A stretch of 64,000 nt of DNA from Actinomycetota bacterium (lineage in GTDB: Bacteria; Actinomycetota; Actinomycetes; Nanopelagicales; Nanopelagicaceae), in the NCBI GenBank assembly GCA_947450545.1, contig CANFVU010000002.1, positions 15,266-79,265 on the forward strand. The letters are read 5' to 3'. Shown here piece by piece: positions 15,486-24,315 of this stretch (position 1 is its first letter; each line of letters opens with the position of its first letter). The translations under genes were made by a program, and so were the position numbers. The notes below the pieces were generated by a model, which was given only the letters and a program-made list of their open reading frames with translations, had not been told where the DNA came from and did no database searches.

Positions 15486-15528
15486 ATCCCGCTTTTGCGC
15501 TCTTGGTGAGCGCCTCTAGAATGCAGGC

Positions 15529-16437
15529 ATGGAACTCCAAAAGGTCATTCTGTATTACGGGTTTACTCCCGTCGCAGATCCTGTCGCAATGAAGATGTGG
15601 CAGAAGAATCTTTGTGAGACCTTGGGGCTCAAAGGCAGAATCTTGATTTCAGAACATGGAATCAACGGAACTCTCGGCGGCAATATGTCCGACCTCAAGA
15701 AATATATTCGTCAGACGAAGGAATACCCGGGCTTTAAGAAAATTGATTTTAAATGGTCTGAAGGCAAAGGCGATGAATTCCCCCGCTTAAGCGTTAAAGT
15801 GAAGAAAGAACTCGTTGCATTCTCTAGCCCGACTGAAATTCAAGTCGACGAAAATGGCGTCGTTAACGGCGGCAAGCATTTACGCCCTGAAGAGGTAAAC
15901 AAGCTGGTTGAAGAACGCGGCGATGATGTGACTTTCTTCGATGGCCGAAATGCGTTCGAAGCAAAAATTGGAAAATTCCGCGGCGCCCTTGTCCCAGATG
16001 TTTTAACTTCTCATGACTTTGTTGGCGAAATCGAGTCCGGTAAATACGACCACCTCAAAGATAAGCCAGTAGTCACATATTGCACCGGTGGAATTCGTTG
16101 TGAAATTCTCTCAGCGGTTATGGTCAACCGCGGATTCAAAGAGGTCTACCAAGTCAAAGGTGGAATCGTTCGTTACGGTGAAAAGTTTGGTAACGATGGT
16201 CTTTGGGATGGATCTCTCTACGTCTTCGACAAGCGCATGGTCCAAGACTTCAGCGAGAATCCAGAGATTATTGGTGAATGCGAAAAGTGCTCTGGCAAAA
16301 CAAAGAGCTTCCGCAATTGTGCAAATAAGTCTTGCTATCAACTCATCCTTCTTTGTGATGAGTGCGCCTCAGTCCAGTCGAATACTGAATGTGGCCACGC
16401 TCCCTCAAAGATCAATCACAAAGAAATGGTTGGCTAA
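15529..16437 (+). CDS. trhO: Rhodanese-domain tRNA uridine(34) hydroxylase (UPF0176/YceA family)
   Basis: 302 aa. [13 protein letters not shown], the rhodanese active-site loop YCTGGIRCE and a C-terminal Cys-rich tail CEKCSGK...CDECA are present. Confidence 0.8.
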   Translation: MELQKVILYYGFTPVADPVAMKMWQKNLCETLGLKGRILISEHGINGTLGGNMSDLKKYIRQTKEYPGFKKIDFKWSEGKGDEFPRLSVKVKKELVAFSSPTEIQVDENGVVNGGKHLRPEEVNKLVEERGDDVTFFDGRNAFEAKIGKFRGALVPDVLTSHDFVGEIESGKYDHLKDKPVVTYCTGGIRCEILSAVMVNRGFKEVYQVKGGIVRYGEKFGNDGLWDGSLYVFDKRMVQDFSENPEIIGECEKCSGKTKSFRNCANKSCYQLILLCDECASVQSNTECGHAPSKINHKEMVG

Positions 16438-17916
16438 TTGAGCACTTTCCGCGCTGTTAACCCTCACTCAGGCGAAGAATTCGGTCCAGAATTCACCAAC
16501 GCATCGAACGCAGATGTCTCCAAGACCATCGATTCAGCTCGCGCTCCACACCTCTCACCTACAGATCGCTCAGCGTTGCTCAGCAATATCGCTACAGCAA
16601 TCGAATCTGACAGAGCTTCCATCGTTGAGATTGCGCTCCAGGAATCCGGATTGCCAGAAGCTCGCCTCAACGGCGAACTCACGCGCACAGTCTTTCAAAT
16701 CAACACTTTTGCTCAATTAGTGGCAACAGGTGCTCACCTTGGCGTCAAAATCGATAAAGCCGACCCTAACTATGGAATGGGTCCTCGCCCAGATATTCGT
16801 AAACAGAATCAACCTTTAGGAACTGTTGCAATCTTTGCTGCTTCTAATTTTCCTCTCGCTTTCTCAACTGCAGGCGGAGATTCAGTAAGTGCACTTGCAG
16901 CAGGATGCGCAGTTGTTCTTAAAGCACATCCTTCACATCCGGGCACAACGCGCGCAGTCTTTAACGCAATCCAAAAAGGAATCAAAGCCTCTGGCCAACC
17001 TCAAGAAATCTTTTCACTGGTTGAAGGAAATGATCCTCATATAACACATTGGCTCGCAAACCATCCCAAAATTACTGCTATCGGATTTACTGGTTCAGGC
17101 CCCGTCGGTAAATTGCTTGTCGAACTTGCATCAAAGCGCGAAGTTCCAATTCCCGTCTATGCAGAAATGGGCTCCATCAATCCTGTTTTCGTTACATCGG
17201 CGGCAATTGCTGAACGTGCAGAAGCTCTTGCAAAAGGATCTGTTGATTCAGCTCTCCTTGGTTCTGGGCAATTTTGCACAAAGCCGGGACTTTTCATTCT
17301 TCCTGCATCCCATGCCGATGCATTCTTAAGTGAAATTGAAAAATATCTTGCAACCTTGTCTGTCGGTCCGCTTTTGAATAAGGGAATTGCAGATCGATAC
17401 TCATCTGCCATCACCAAGCTCTCATCACTCGGGTCAATCAAAGTTTATTCGGGCACAAACTCAGGTAATGGACTAGCGGTTACCCCAACGTTCTTTGTCG
17501 GAGATTGGAAGACCATCGCTTCACACTCTGAACTTCTCGAAGAACATTTCGGTCCCACCACAGTCATGGCGATTGCCAATGAGAGCGATTACGAATCGAT
17601 CGCCCTCACCTTGGAAGGCCAGCTGACAGCTACGATCCAGGGTGCTGAATCAGATTCTCTCAAAGGGCTTATTTCAATACTTTCTGAGCGTGCAGGACGC
17701 GTGGTGTGGAATGGCTTCCCTACAGGAGTCTCGGTAACCGCTGCGATGCAACATGGAGGCCAATGGCCATCCTCATCCTCACACACAACTTCTGTGGGCA
17801 CGGATGCGATTTATCGCTTTATGCGACCAGTTTCGTATCAAGGTCTGAGCCAAAGTAATTTGCCAGAGGCGCTTCACGATTCAAATCCGTGGAACGTGCC
17901 ACAACAAATCTCGTAA
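16438..17916 (+). CDS. Aldehyde dehydrogenase, alpha-ketoglutarate semialdehyde dehydrogenase-like
   Basis: 492 aa. The TTG start abuts the trhO stop. ALDH motifs FTGSGPVGK, EMGSINPVF and GQFCTKPG are present. It lies next to hydroxyproline-pathway genes. Confidence 0.8.
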   Translation: MSTFRAVNPHSGEEFGPEFTNASNADVSKTIDSARAPHLSPTDRSALLSNIATAIESDRASIVEIALQESGLPEARLNGELTRTVFQINTFAQLVATGAHLGVKIDKADPNYGMGPRPDIRKQNQPLGTVAIFAASNFPLAFSTAGGDSVSALAAGCAVVLKAHPSHPGTTRAVFNAIQKGIKASGQPQEIFSLVEGNDPHITHWLANHPKITAIGFTGSGPVGKLLVELASKREVPIPVYAEMGSINPVFVTSAAIAERAEALAKGSVDSALLGSGQFCTKPGLFILPASHADAFLSEIEKYLATLSVGPLLNKGIADRYSSAITKLSSLGSIKVYSGTNSGNGLAVTPTFFVGDWKTIASHSELLEEHFGPTTVMAIANESDYESIALTLEGQLTATIQGAESDSLKGLISILSERAGRVVWNGFPTGVSVTAAMQHGGQWPSSSSHTTSVGTDAIYRFMRPVSYQGLSQSNLPEALHDSNPWNVPQQIS

Positions 17917-18921
17917 TTAAACGATAAAGCCGTTTGGAAAAGGATCTTCTGGATCCAATAACCATGTGGCTTCGCCCATGACCCATGCACGTCCGGTAAT
18001 CATTGGAACAATCGCATCGAAGTCGCCAACTTTTGTACGTTCTTTAATACGTCCTTCGAAGTGCGACCCAATCCATGATTCATTAATGAGGACATCGCCC
18101 TCTTTAAATTCTCCGCGAGCGACCATCTGTGCAAGGCGTGCACTCGTACCGGTGCCGCAAGGAGAGCGATCAAACCAACCTGGATAAATTGCCATCGCAT
18201 TCTTCCAATGGTGTTCGCTATCGCCTGGAGAAATAAAATCAATATGGTGGCACACAGCAATGTCAGGATTCTCGGGATGCACCGGACGATTTTGTTCGTT
18301 GATGGCATCAGAAATAATTAATCCAAGGTCAAGAAGTTTTTGACCGTTCTCTCTCTTAAATTCTATTCCTACACGATCGATAGGAACGATGGCATAAAAG
18401 TTTCCGCCGTATGCCATGTCGTATTTCAATACACCAAGTCCCGGGACGGTAACGGTTTGATCTAAAGCATACGAGAATGATGGAACGTTTATGATGGTTA
18501 CATTCTCTGCTTTTCCATCTTTCACTTTCACATCAACGACGACCAAGCCAGCTGGAGTATCAAGACGAATTGTGGTGACTGGCTCGACAACAGGAACTAA
18601 CTTCTTTTCAACAAGAGCTGTCGCAACACCAATAGTTCCGTGCCCGCACATCGGTAAACAACCTGAAACTTCTATATAAACAACGCCCCAATCAGCATCA
18701 GGACGTGTGGGTTTCTGAAGAATTGCACCGCTCATGGCGCTATGGCCACGAGGTTCAAACATGAGCCACTCGCGTATGTAATCCAAGTTCTGCATGAAAT
18801 AGCGACGTTTTTCAAACATCGTTTTGCCTGGAATCTCCCCCACACCTGAAGTCACAACTCGAGTGGGCATTCCCTCGGTATGAGTTTCAACTGTGGTGAC
18901 AGTTCTCAAGCTGTCGTTCAT
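17917..18921 (-). CDS. 4-hydroxyproline 2-epimerase (proline racemase family, Cys/Cys type)
   Basis: 334 aa. HTEGMPTRVV and the two catalytic Cys contexts MCGHGTIG and DRSPCGTGTSA are present. Confidence 0.8.
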   Translation of the reverse strand: MNDSLRTVTTVETHTEGMPTRVVTSGVGEIPGKTMFEKRRYFMQNLDYIREWLMFEPRGHSAMSGAILQKPTRPDADWGVVYIEVSGCLPMCGHGTIGVATALVEKKLVPVVEPVTTIRLDTPAGLVVVDVKVKDGKAENVTIINVPSFSYALDQTVTVPGLGVLKYDMAYGGNFYAIVPIDRVGIEFKRENGQKLLDLGLIISDAINEQNRPVHPENPDIAVCHHIDFISPGDSEHHWKNAMAIYPGWFDRSPCGTGTSARLAQMVARGEFKEGDVLINESWIGSHFEGRIKERTKVGDFDAIVPMITGRAWVMGEATWLLDPEDPFPNGFIV

Positions 18922-19808
18922 TTGCCGAAATACTCCTTAACGGCTGCAACTTCTCGCTTGATCTTCTCTTGATCAGCAGCTGGAAGAGCTAGACGAGGCA
19001 GACGTGTTGGCCCACCGTAACGACCAAGCAGATCCATCGCGAGTTTAATTGCTTGAATAAATTCCTTTTGAGAATCCCAGTGGAAGAGGTCATGAAGGGC
19101 TGCATACATAGGAGCAGCTTTCTTGTAATCACCTTCGATAGCAGCGTTATAAAGCGCAGCTGATTCAGCGGGAAGGGCATTTGGAAATCCTGCGATCCAA
19201 CCGGAAATGCCTGCTGTCGAAAGTTCGAGAAGTACATCATCCGCTCCGACAATGACATCGATGCGTGGCGCTGATTTCTTAATCTGCCAAATTCGGCGAA
19301 CATCGCCAGAGAACTCCTTGATTGCGACAACGCCAGGAACTTCATCAGCGATTCGCCCAACCAACTTAGGTGTGAGATCTACTTTTGTGTCGAAGGGGTT
19401 GTTGTAGGCAATGATTGGGATACCAACTTTTGCAACTTCCTTATAGTGAGCAACAACTTCATCATCGTTCGCGCGATACGCGTTAGGTGGAAGTAACATC
19501 ACTGCTGCTGCGCCATTCTTCGCTGCTTGTTCTGTCCATCGAACAGATTCACCAGCGCCATACGCGCCTACGCCTGGAACAACATGGAAACCTTTTGGTG
19601 AAGCTTCGACTGCAACTTCAACCATGCGAGCACGCTCTTCAGCGGTCAGAACTTGGTATTCACCTAGTGAACCATTGGGAATAACGCCATGCGTTCCGTT
19701 GACTGCGAGCCATTGAACGTGTTCGGCATATTTATCGTAATCGATTGAAAGATCAGCCTTAAATGGCGTCGCCGTTGCTGTCAGAATTCCATTCCATGCA
19801 TGTGTCAT
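18918..19808 (-). CDS. DapA/DHDPS-family lyase, probable pyrroline-4-hydroxy-2-carboxylate deaminase
   Basis: It shows the DHDPS-like fold pattern (GILTATATPF, VIPNGSLGEY, AIKEFSGD). I prefer the start at MTHAWNG (19808), which avoids overlapping the upstream stop. The track ORF extends to 19844. Confidence 0.75.
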   Translation of the reverse strand: MTHAWNGILTATATPFKADLSIDYDKYAEHVQWLAVNGTHGVIPNGSLGEYQVLTAEERARMVEVAVEASPKGFHVVPGVGAYGAGESVRWTEQAAKNGAAAVMLLPPNAYRANDDEVVAHYKEVAKVGIPIIAYNNPFDTKVDLTPKLVGRIADEVPGVVAIKEFSGDVRRIWQIKKSAPRIDVIVGADDVLLELSTAGISGWIAGFPNALPAESAALYNAAIEGDYKKAAPMYAALHDLFHWDSQKEFIQAIKLAMDLLGRYGGPTRLPRLALPAADQEKIKREVAAVKEYFGK

Positions 19809-19821
19809 ACACGCACAATAA

Positions 19822-21126
19822 CTAGAACTTCTTCTGTAATCCATCTCCTAGTTCACCTAATGAGATTGGCCCAGCTGTTGGGCGTTGTGCGCCACCCATG
19901 CGCTCAGAATCATGCACTTTTTCTGCTCGCTTCGCTGCAACTATTTCACTGACGTTGCGGCCACAGACTCTGCCCTGGCAGAGACCCATTCCCGCTCGAG
20001 TGAAGAGTTTGGCCGTCCGACCATTCTCTGCGCCTAGCTCATCAACTGAAGAACAGATATCGCCAAGTGTTACTTCCTCGCAACGGCAGATGATTGTTTG
20101 ATCGTTCAACTTTGCTTGCCAATTGGTAGGAACTGGATAGACGCGTTGGAGACCTCGGGCGAAAACTTGTGCGCGCCATCGGGCAAACTTTCCTTTGCCC
20201 CCGGCAGCTATCACACCTTCAATCATCGAGAGAGTCGAGCCGCCGATACCAGTGGATTCGCCGGCTGCAAATAACCCTGGGACGCTCGTCTCTTGATGTG
20301 AATCTACAGCGACAACAACAGTGCCATCACCATCGACTTTTAATTGCGCTCCGAGAATTCCTGCCAGCGAAAGATCAGGAACAAATCCCCAACCAACCGC
20401 GACAACATCACAATCAACGCGTTTGCCATTAACGGTTGCAAAACCCTTCGAAGTTGAATCGACTGATTTACCGAAACGAATAGAGATTCTATGTTTACGA
20501 AGTTTCTTCATGTAGTAGAGGGCTTCAGCAATTTTGGATGGATTGAGAATGAAGCCATGAAGATTTAACAACCAACGAATCGGATTATTTGCCTCATACA
20601 GCCCGACAATTTCGGCACCAGAATCAGCTAAACCTGCAGCAACCGGAAGAATGAACGGTCCAGTGCCAGCAACAACAACCCTCTTTCCGACAAGCACTCC
20701 GTGGGATTTGAGCATCGCTTGCGCAGCTCCAGGAGTCATAACGCCAGGCAGAGTCCATCCAGGAAAAGGAATCGAGCGATCGTATGCACCTGTTGCAAGA
20801 ATGACTTTATCCGCAATAACTTTCTCCTCAACGCCATCGCGCACCACAAAAAGCGTAAATACCCCATCGTTTTTCTCTGCTTGCCAAACATGTGCGTTGG
20901 AATGGCGAGTAATCAATGGGTTTGTGAGGACTCGATCAAAGAGAGCCTGAGCCTTTGAAAAATCGTAATGAAGGGATCGATCATCGTTCCAATTGCTGGG
21001 AAGGTGGCGCCAGTATTGACCGCCAAGTCGTGGGGATGAATCAATTAACAAAACTTTTTCACCGCGCTCGGCTGCAGTTGCCGCAGCAGAAAGTCCCGCA
21101 GGACCCGCACCAATGACAGCAATCAT
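19822..21126 (-). CDS. FAD/NAD(P)-binding oxidoreductase subunit with C-terminal BFD-like [2Fe-2S] motif (D-hydroxyproline dehydrogenase alpha-like / OoxA/HcnB-like)
   Basis: 434 aa. MIAVIGAGPAGLSAA and a second dinucleotide fold VVVAGTGPF are present. The C-terminus reads CRCEEVTLGDI...CQGRVCG. Confidence 0.75.
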   Translation of the reverse strand: MIAVIGAGPAGLSAAATAAERGEKVLLIDSSPRLGGQYWRHLPSNWNDDRSLHYDFSKAQALFDRVLTNPLITRHSNAHVWQAEKNDGVFTLFVVRDGVEEKVIADKVILATGAYDRSIPFPGWTLPGVMTPGAAQAMLKSHGVLVGKRVVVAGTGPFILPVAAGLADSGAEIVGLYEANNPIRWLLNLHGFILNPSKIAEALYYMKKLRKHRISIRFGKSVDSTSKGFATVNGKRVDCDVVAVGWGFVPDLSLAGILGAQLKVDGDGTVVVAVDSHQETSVPGLFAAGESTGIGGSTLSMIEGVIAAGGKGKFARWRAQVFARGLQRVYPVPTNWQAKLNDQTIICRCEEVTLGDICSSVDELGAENGRTAKLFTRAGMGLCQGRVCGRNVSEIVAAKRAEKVHDSERMGGAQRPTAGPISLGELGDGLQKKF

Positions 21127-21377
21127 GATTGCACCACCATGCTATCGACGACTTCAATGATGCATGCACGTTGATTACTTATTCCGTTAACAGTCACAAC
21201 GCAATCCCAACAAATTCCAATTCCGCAGAAAATTGAACGATCTTCGCCGCCCATCCGGGTCTTACGCAATACTTTTTGATTGGCGCTGAAAAGGGCTGCA
21301 GCAATCGTTTGGCCCGGTACGGCGGAAACTTTTTCATCGTTAAAAGTAAAAGTGATTGATGCTGCCGGTTGAGTCAT
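21123..21377 (-). CDS. Small (2Fe-2S)-binding subunit (HcnA/OoxA-small/gamma-like)
   Basis: 84 aa with CGIGICWDC. It overlaps both flanking oxidoreductase genes by 4 nt. Confidence 0.7.
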   Translation of the reverse strand: MTQPAASITFTFNDEKVSAVPGQTIAAALFSANQKVLRKTRMGGEDRSIFCGIGICWDCVVTVNGISNQRACIIEVVDSMVVQS

Positions 21378-22516
21378 GCGACACCTACTTGAAAACGTCG
21401 TGGAGAGAATGGAGTGGAGTCCATAAAAGGCGTAACACCCGTAATTTGTTGGGTAATCAAATGTGCACTTCCAGGAGCTAAACCAATTCCAGCACCTTCA
21501 TGCCCAGCTGAGTGCCAGAGCCCAGATACCAGTGCATCTTCGCCGATCACAGGTAGATGATCGGGTGCGTAGGGGCGAAAACCACGATACGCGCGGAGCA
21601 ATTGAATGTCACGTAGAATTGGAAATAGTGAAGTTGCTTGCGCAGCTAAACGACGCAAAATGTCCACGTTCATACGACCGTCAAAACCAATTCTTTCTCT
21701 ACTTGCACCAATGAGAATTGTTCCAGCGCGAGTGCCTTCTACAACGGTAGAAGTCTGTAAATCAGCATCGCTACTAGCGACATTTGCAACGTAATCTGAA
21801 TCGTAAACTTTGTGGTGGATCAACTTTGGAGCGGGCGCTGTCACAAGGATGAACCCCTTGCGTGGCGCTATCGGTAAATGGGAGCCCGCCATCTGTGCAA
21901 TTTCACCCGCCCACGTGCCTGTTGCATTCACAACGATGGGCGATGAATAAGAACCCTTAGAAGTCTCTACTCCTACAACTTTTCCATCCACAGTCTTGAT
22001 AGATGTAACTGTCGCTCCGGTTACGACTTCTCCCCCGCGCTGCCTAACTGTTTGAAGCACATGAGCTGCAGCCAGCATCGGTTGGCATTGCGAATCTTGA
22101 GGATAGAGAATTCCTGATGTTATGTCTCGGGTCAGATGTGGCTCAAGTTCGTGTAACTCTTTATCTCCCACTTCGATCGCATCCACTTCTGCTGATCGCT
22201 GTTTCGATGCAAATGCTTTGAGCGGCGCATCATCCAGTCGTGCAACGACAATTCCACCTTTGGCTTCAAGTTCAAATGAATCACCAACATCGGCTTGCAT
22301 CTCAAACCACAGATCGCGTGAACGAAGTGCCAACGTTAACTCTGGTCCCGGATCCTTATCTGAAACAAGAATGTTTCCTTCTCCAGCACCTGTTGTTCCG
22401 CCAGCAACCGGTCCTCGGTCAAGAACTAAAACTTTAAGACCGGCATTTGTAAGAGCAAGCGCACAGGATGCCCCGACAATGCCTGCGCCAATAACGATGG
22501 CATCTGCGGTCTGCAT
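21374..22516 (-). CDS. FAD-dependent oxidoreductase (DadA/HcnC/OoxB-like; D-hydroxyproline dehydrogenase beta-like)
   Basis: 380 aa. It has the N-terminal DAIVIGAGIVGASCALAL Rossmann motif and the C-terminal GHEGAGIGLAP. Confidence 0.8.
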   Translation of the reverse strand: MQTADAIVIGAGIVGASCALALTNAGLKVLVLDRGPVAGGTTGAGEGNILVSDKDPGPELTLALRSRDLWFEMQADVGDSFELEAKGGIVVARLDDAPLKAFASKQRSAEVDAIEVGDKELHELEPHLTRDITSGILYPQDSQCQPMLAAAHVLQTVRQRGGEVVTGATVTSIKTVDGKVVGVETSKGSYSSPIVVNATGTWAGEIAQMAGSHLPIAPRKGFILVTAPAPKLIHHKVYDSDYVANVASSDADLQTSTVVEGTRAGTILIGASRERIGFDGRMNVDILRRLAAQATSLFPILRDIQLLRAYRGFRPYAPDHLPVIGEDALVSGLWHSAGHEGAGIGLAPGSAHLITQQITGVTPFMDSTPFSPRRFQVGVA

Positions 22517-22533
22517 ATGTAAAAGGATAGTGG

Positions 22534-24297
22534 TTAGATGCTAGGAAGTACCGCTAAAAGTTTTCCGTACAGCGCTAAAGCAGTATGAACGCTGATATGC
22601 GTAGCATCTCTGTAGGTATTGGTGCCGGCATATCGAATAGGGCATGTATCTGTGCAGAGCCACGATGCAGTGTCAATATATTGTGCGCCTAGCTTTTTAG
22701 CGAGCTCTTCTGATTGAAGTGACACTTTACTTCTCGTTGGGAGAAAATCAATCACTGAGCTCGTTGGCTTTGGAGTATCCCCAATCAAAATATATGGGGA
22801 TCGAATCTGGCTTACAAAGGAAGCAAGGCCTCTCTTCCAAGAGGCAAGGTAGTTTCCAGAGGGTTTATTGAGTGGATATTGATACTCAGTAAAATTAGAG
22901 ATGAGTACAAACTTCGGTTTATCCATATTGATCTTTGTAATCAGTTTTACTTGCCAAATAGCACATGAAGAATCAAGTTTGCCATTACGAACTGTCTCAA
23001 GTGTTGTGGCAGGACATGAAGACTTCGTGAGGTTTAAGAGTTTCCAATGACGAGTCTTTGCAATCTTCTCGACAACAGGAAACCATTGAGCTGCGTGCGA
23101 ATCACCCGCGAGAATAATTTCGGTTGTGCTGCTCATATCTCCGTATATACAAGGCTTAGTTGGCCATGCTTTACCGAATGGGAGATGACATCCATCAGCA
23201 TATGTTGCTGGCAGCGATGTATCGAGAGCCTGGGATGTGGATGCTGTTGCAGCCAATGATCCAAAACTCACGATGCTCCCTGCAAGTACTACAACAGTCC
23301 ATTGCGTCAGAGATAACGTCAATCGCTTTTTGAATCTAAACGGCTTCTCAACAAAGTGAGTGAGAAGAAATGAAAAGAGAAGTGAAATGAGAATGATTTC
23401 AACTTTTGCAATCGACGTAAGGGTTGAATTTCGAGCTAAGAAGAAGACGACTATTGGCCAATGCACGAGGTAGAGCGAGAATGAATAATCTCCTAAGCGT
23501 GGTAAGAGAAATTCTTGTTTCACGTCTATGCGTGCTAGCAGCACCAACATCGCACCAGCAACAGCGATAATCGTTGTAAATCCAGGAGTTGCATCGTGTA
23601 TAGAGATAAAGAGGGTGGCGCACGAAATTGTTACCCAGCCAATTATGGCCGTTGGCAGGGCCAATCTCCTTGGAACCCGGAAAGCAGGATTCATCGCAAG
23701 AATAATACCTGCAAAAAATTCCCAAAATCGTGTGAAGGGAATATAAAAAGAGAGGACGGGATTGATCGAGGTAAACCAGAACGCAAAAAGTGTCGTGACG
23801 AGGAGCGTAGGAAATAACCACTTCTTATTACGCTTGTACAAAAGAAGAAAGAGTATTGGCCAGACTACATAGAACTGTTCTTCTACTCCCAACGACCAAT
23901 AATGGAGGAATGGAGATGGGTCAGATGATTGAGCCAAATAATCGTTACCTAATCGTGCAAAGTGGAGATTTGTTGAGAATAGCGCCGATGAAAGCGCATC
24001 TAGCGAGAGGCGTGATCGTGCAACGGCAGGGAGAAAGAAGATCGCAAGAACAGCAGTAAGGATCGAGACTGTGAGACTTGCAGGCAATATTCGTTTTGCT
24101 CTTCGAAGGTAGAACTCTTTGACCTGCTTTCCAAGAGTCCCATCACCTTCCATAAGTTTAGAAGTGATAACAAAACCCGAAATAACGAAGAAGATATCTA
24201 CGCCCAAGAAGCCGCCTTTAAGCCACCCAAATTGTGCGTGATAAAGAAGAACGACGAGAATGGAGAATCCACGTAGCGCTTGGATATCACTTCTCAT
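22534..24297 (-). CDS. Acyltransferase-3 family membrane O-acyltransferase with C-terminal SGNH-like domain
   Basis: 587 aa. The N-terminus is RSDIQALRGFSILVVLLYHA, followed by about 10 TM segments. An extracytoplasmic domain containing ILAGDSHA follows. Confidence 0.8.
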   Translation of the reverse strand: MRSDIQALRGFSILVVLLYHAQFGWLKGGFLGVDIFFVISGFVITSKLMEGDGTLGKQVKEFYLRRAKRILPASLTVSILTAVLAIFFLPAVARSRLSLDALSSALFSTNLHFARLGNDYLAQSSDPSPFLHYWSLGVEEQFYVVWPILFLLLYKRNKKWLFPTLLVTTLFAFWFTSINPVLSFYIPFTRFWEFFAGIILAMNPAFRVPRRLALPTAIIGWVTISCATLFISIHDATPGFTTIIAVAGAMLVLLARIDVKQEFLLPRLGDYSFSLYLVHWPIVVFFLARNSTLTSIAKVEIILISLLFSFLLTHFVEKPFRFKKRLTLSLTQWTVVVLAGSIVSFGSLAATASTSQALDTSLPATYADGCHLPFGKAWPTKPCIYGDMSSTTEIILAGDSHAAQWFPVVEKIAKTRHWKLLNLTKSSCPATTLETVRNGKLDSSCAIWQVKLITKINMDKPKFVLISNFTEYQYPLNKPSGNYLASWKRGLASFVSQIRSPYILIGDTPKPTSSVIDFLPTRSKVSLQSEELAKKLGAQYIDTASWLCTDTCPIRYAGTNTYRDATHISVHTALALYGKLLAVLPSI

Positions 24298-24315
24298 TCG
24301 AGAAGGGTACTTCTT

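Noticed and set aside
9683-22516. A functional link between the collagen-like protein gene and the hydroxyproline catabolic cluster about 3 kb downstream.
   Set aside because: Bacterial collagen-like proteins are not known to contain hydroxyproline, and no prolyl hydroxylase is present here. The Gly-X-Y tracts are poor in Pro (mostly Q, T, A, K and D). trhO separates the two sets, which lie on different strands. The adjacency is best treated as coincidence.
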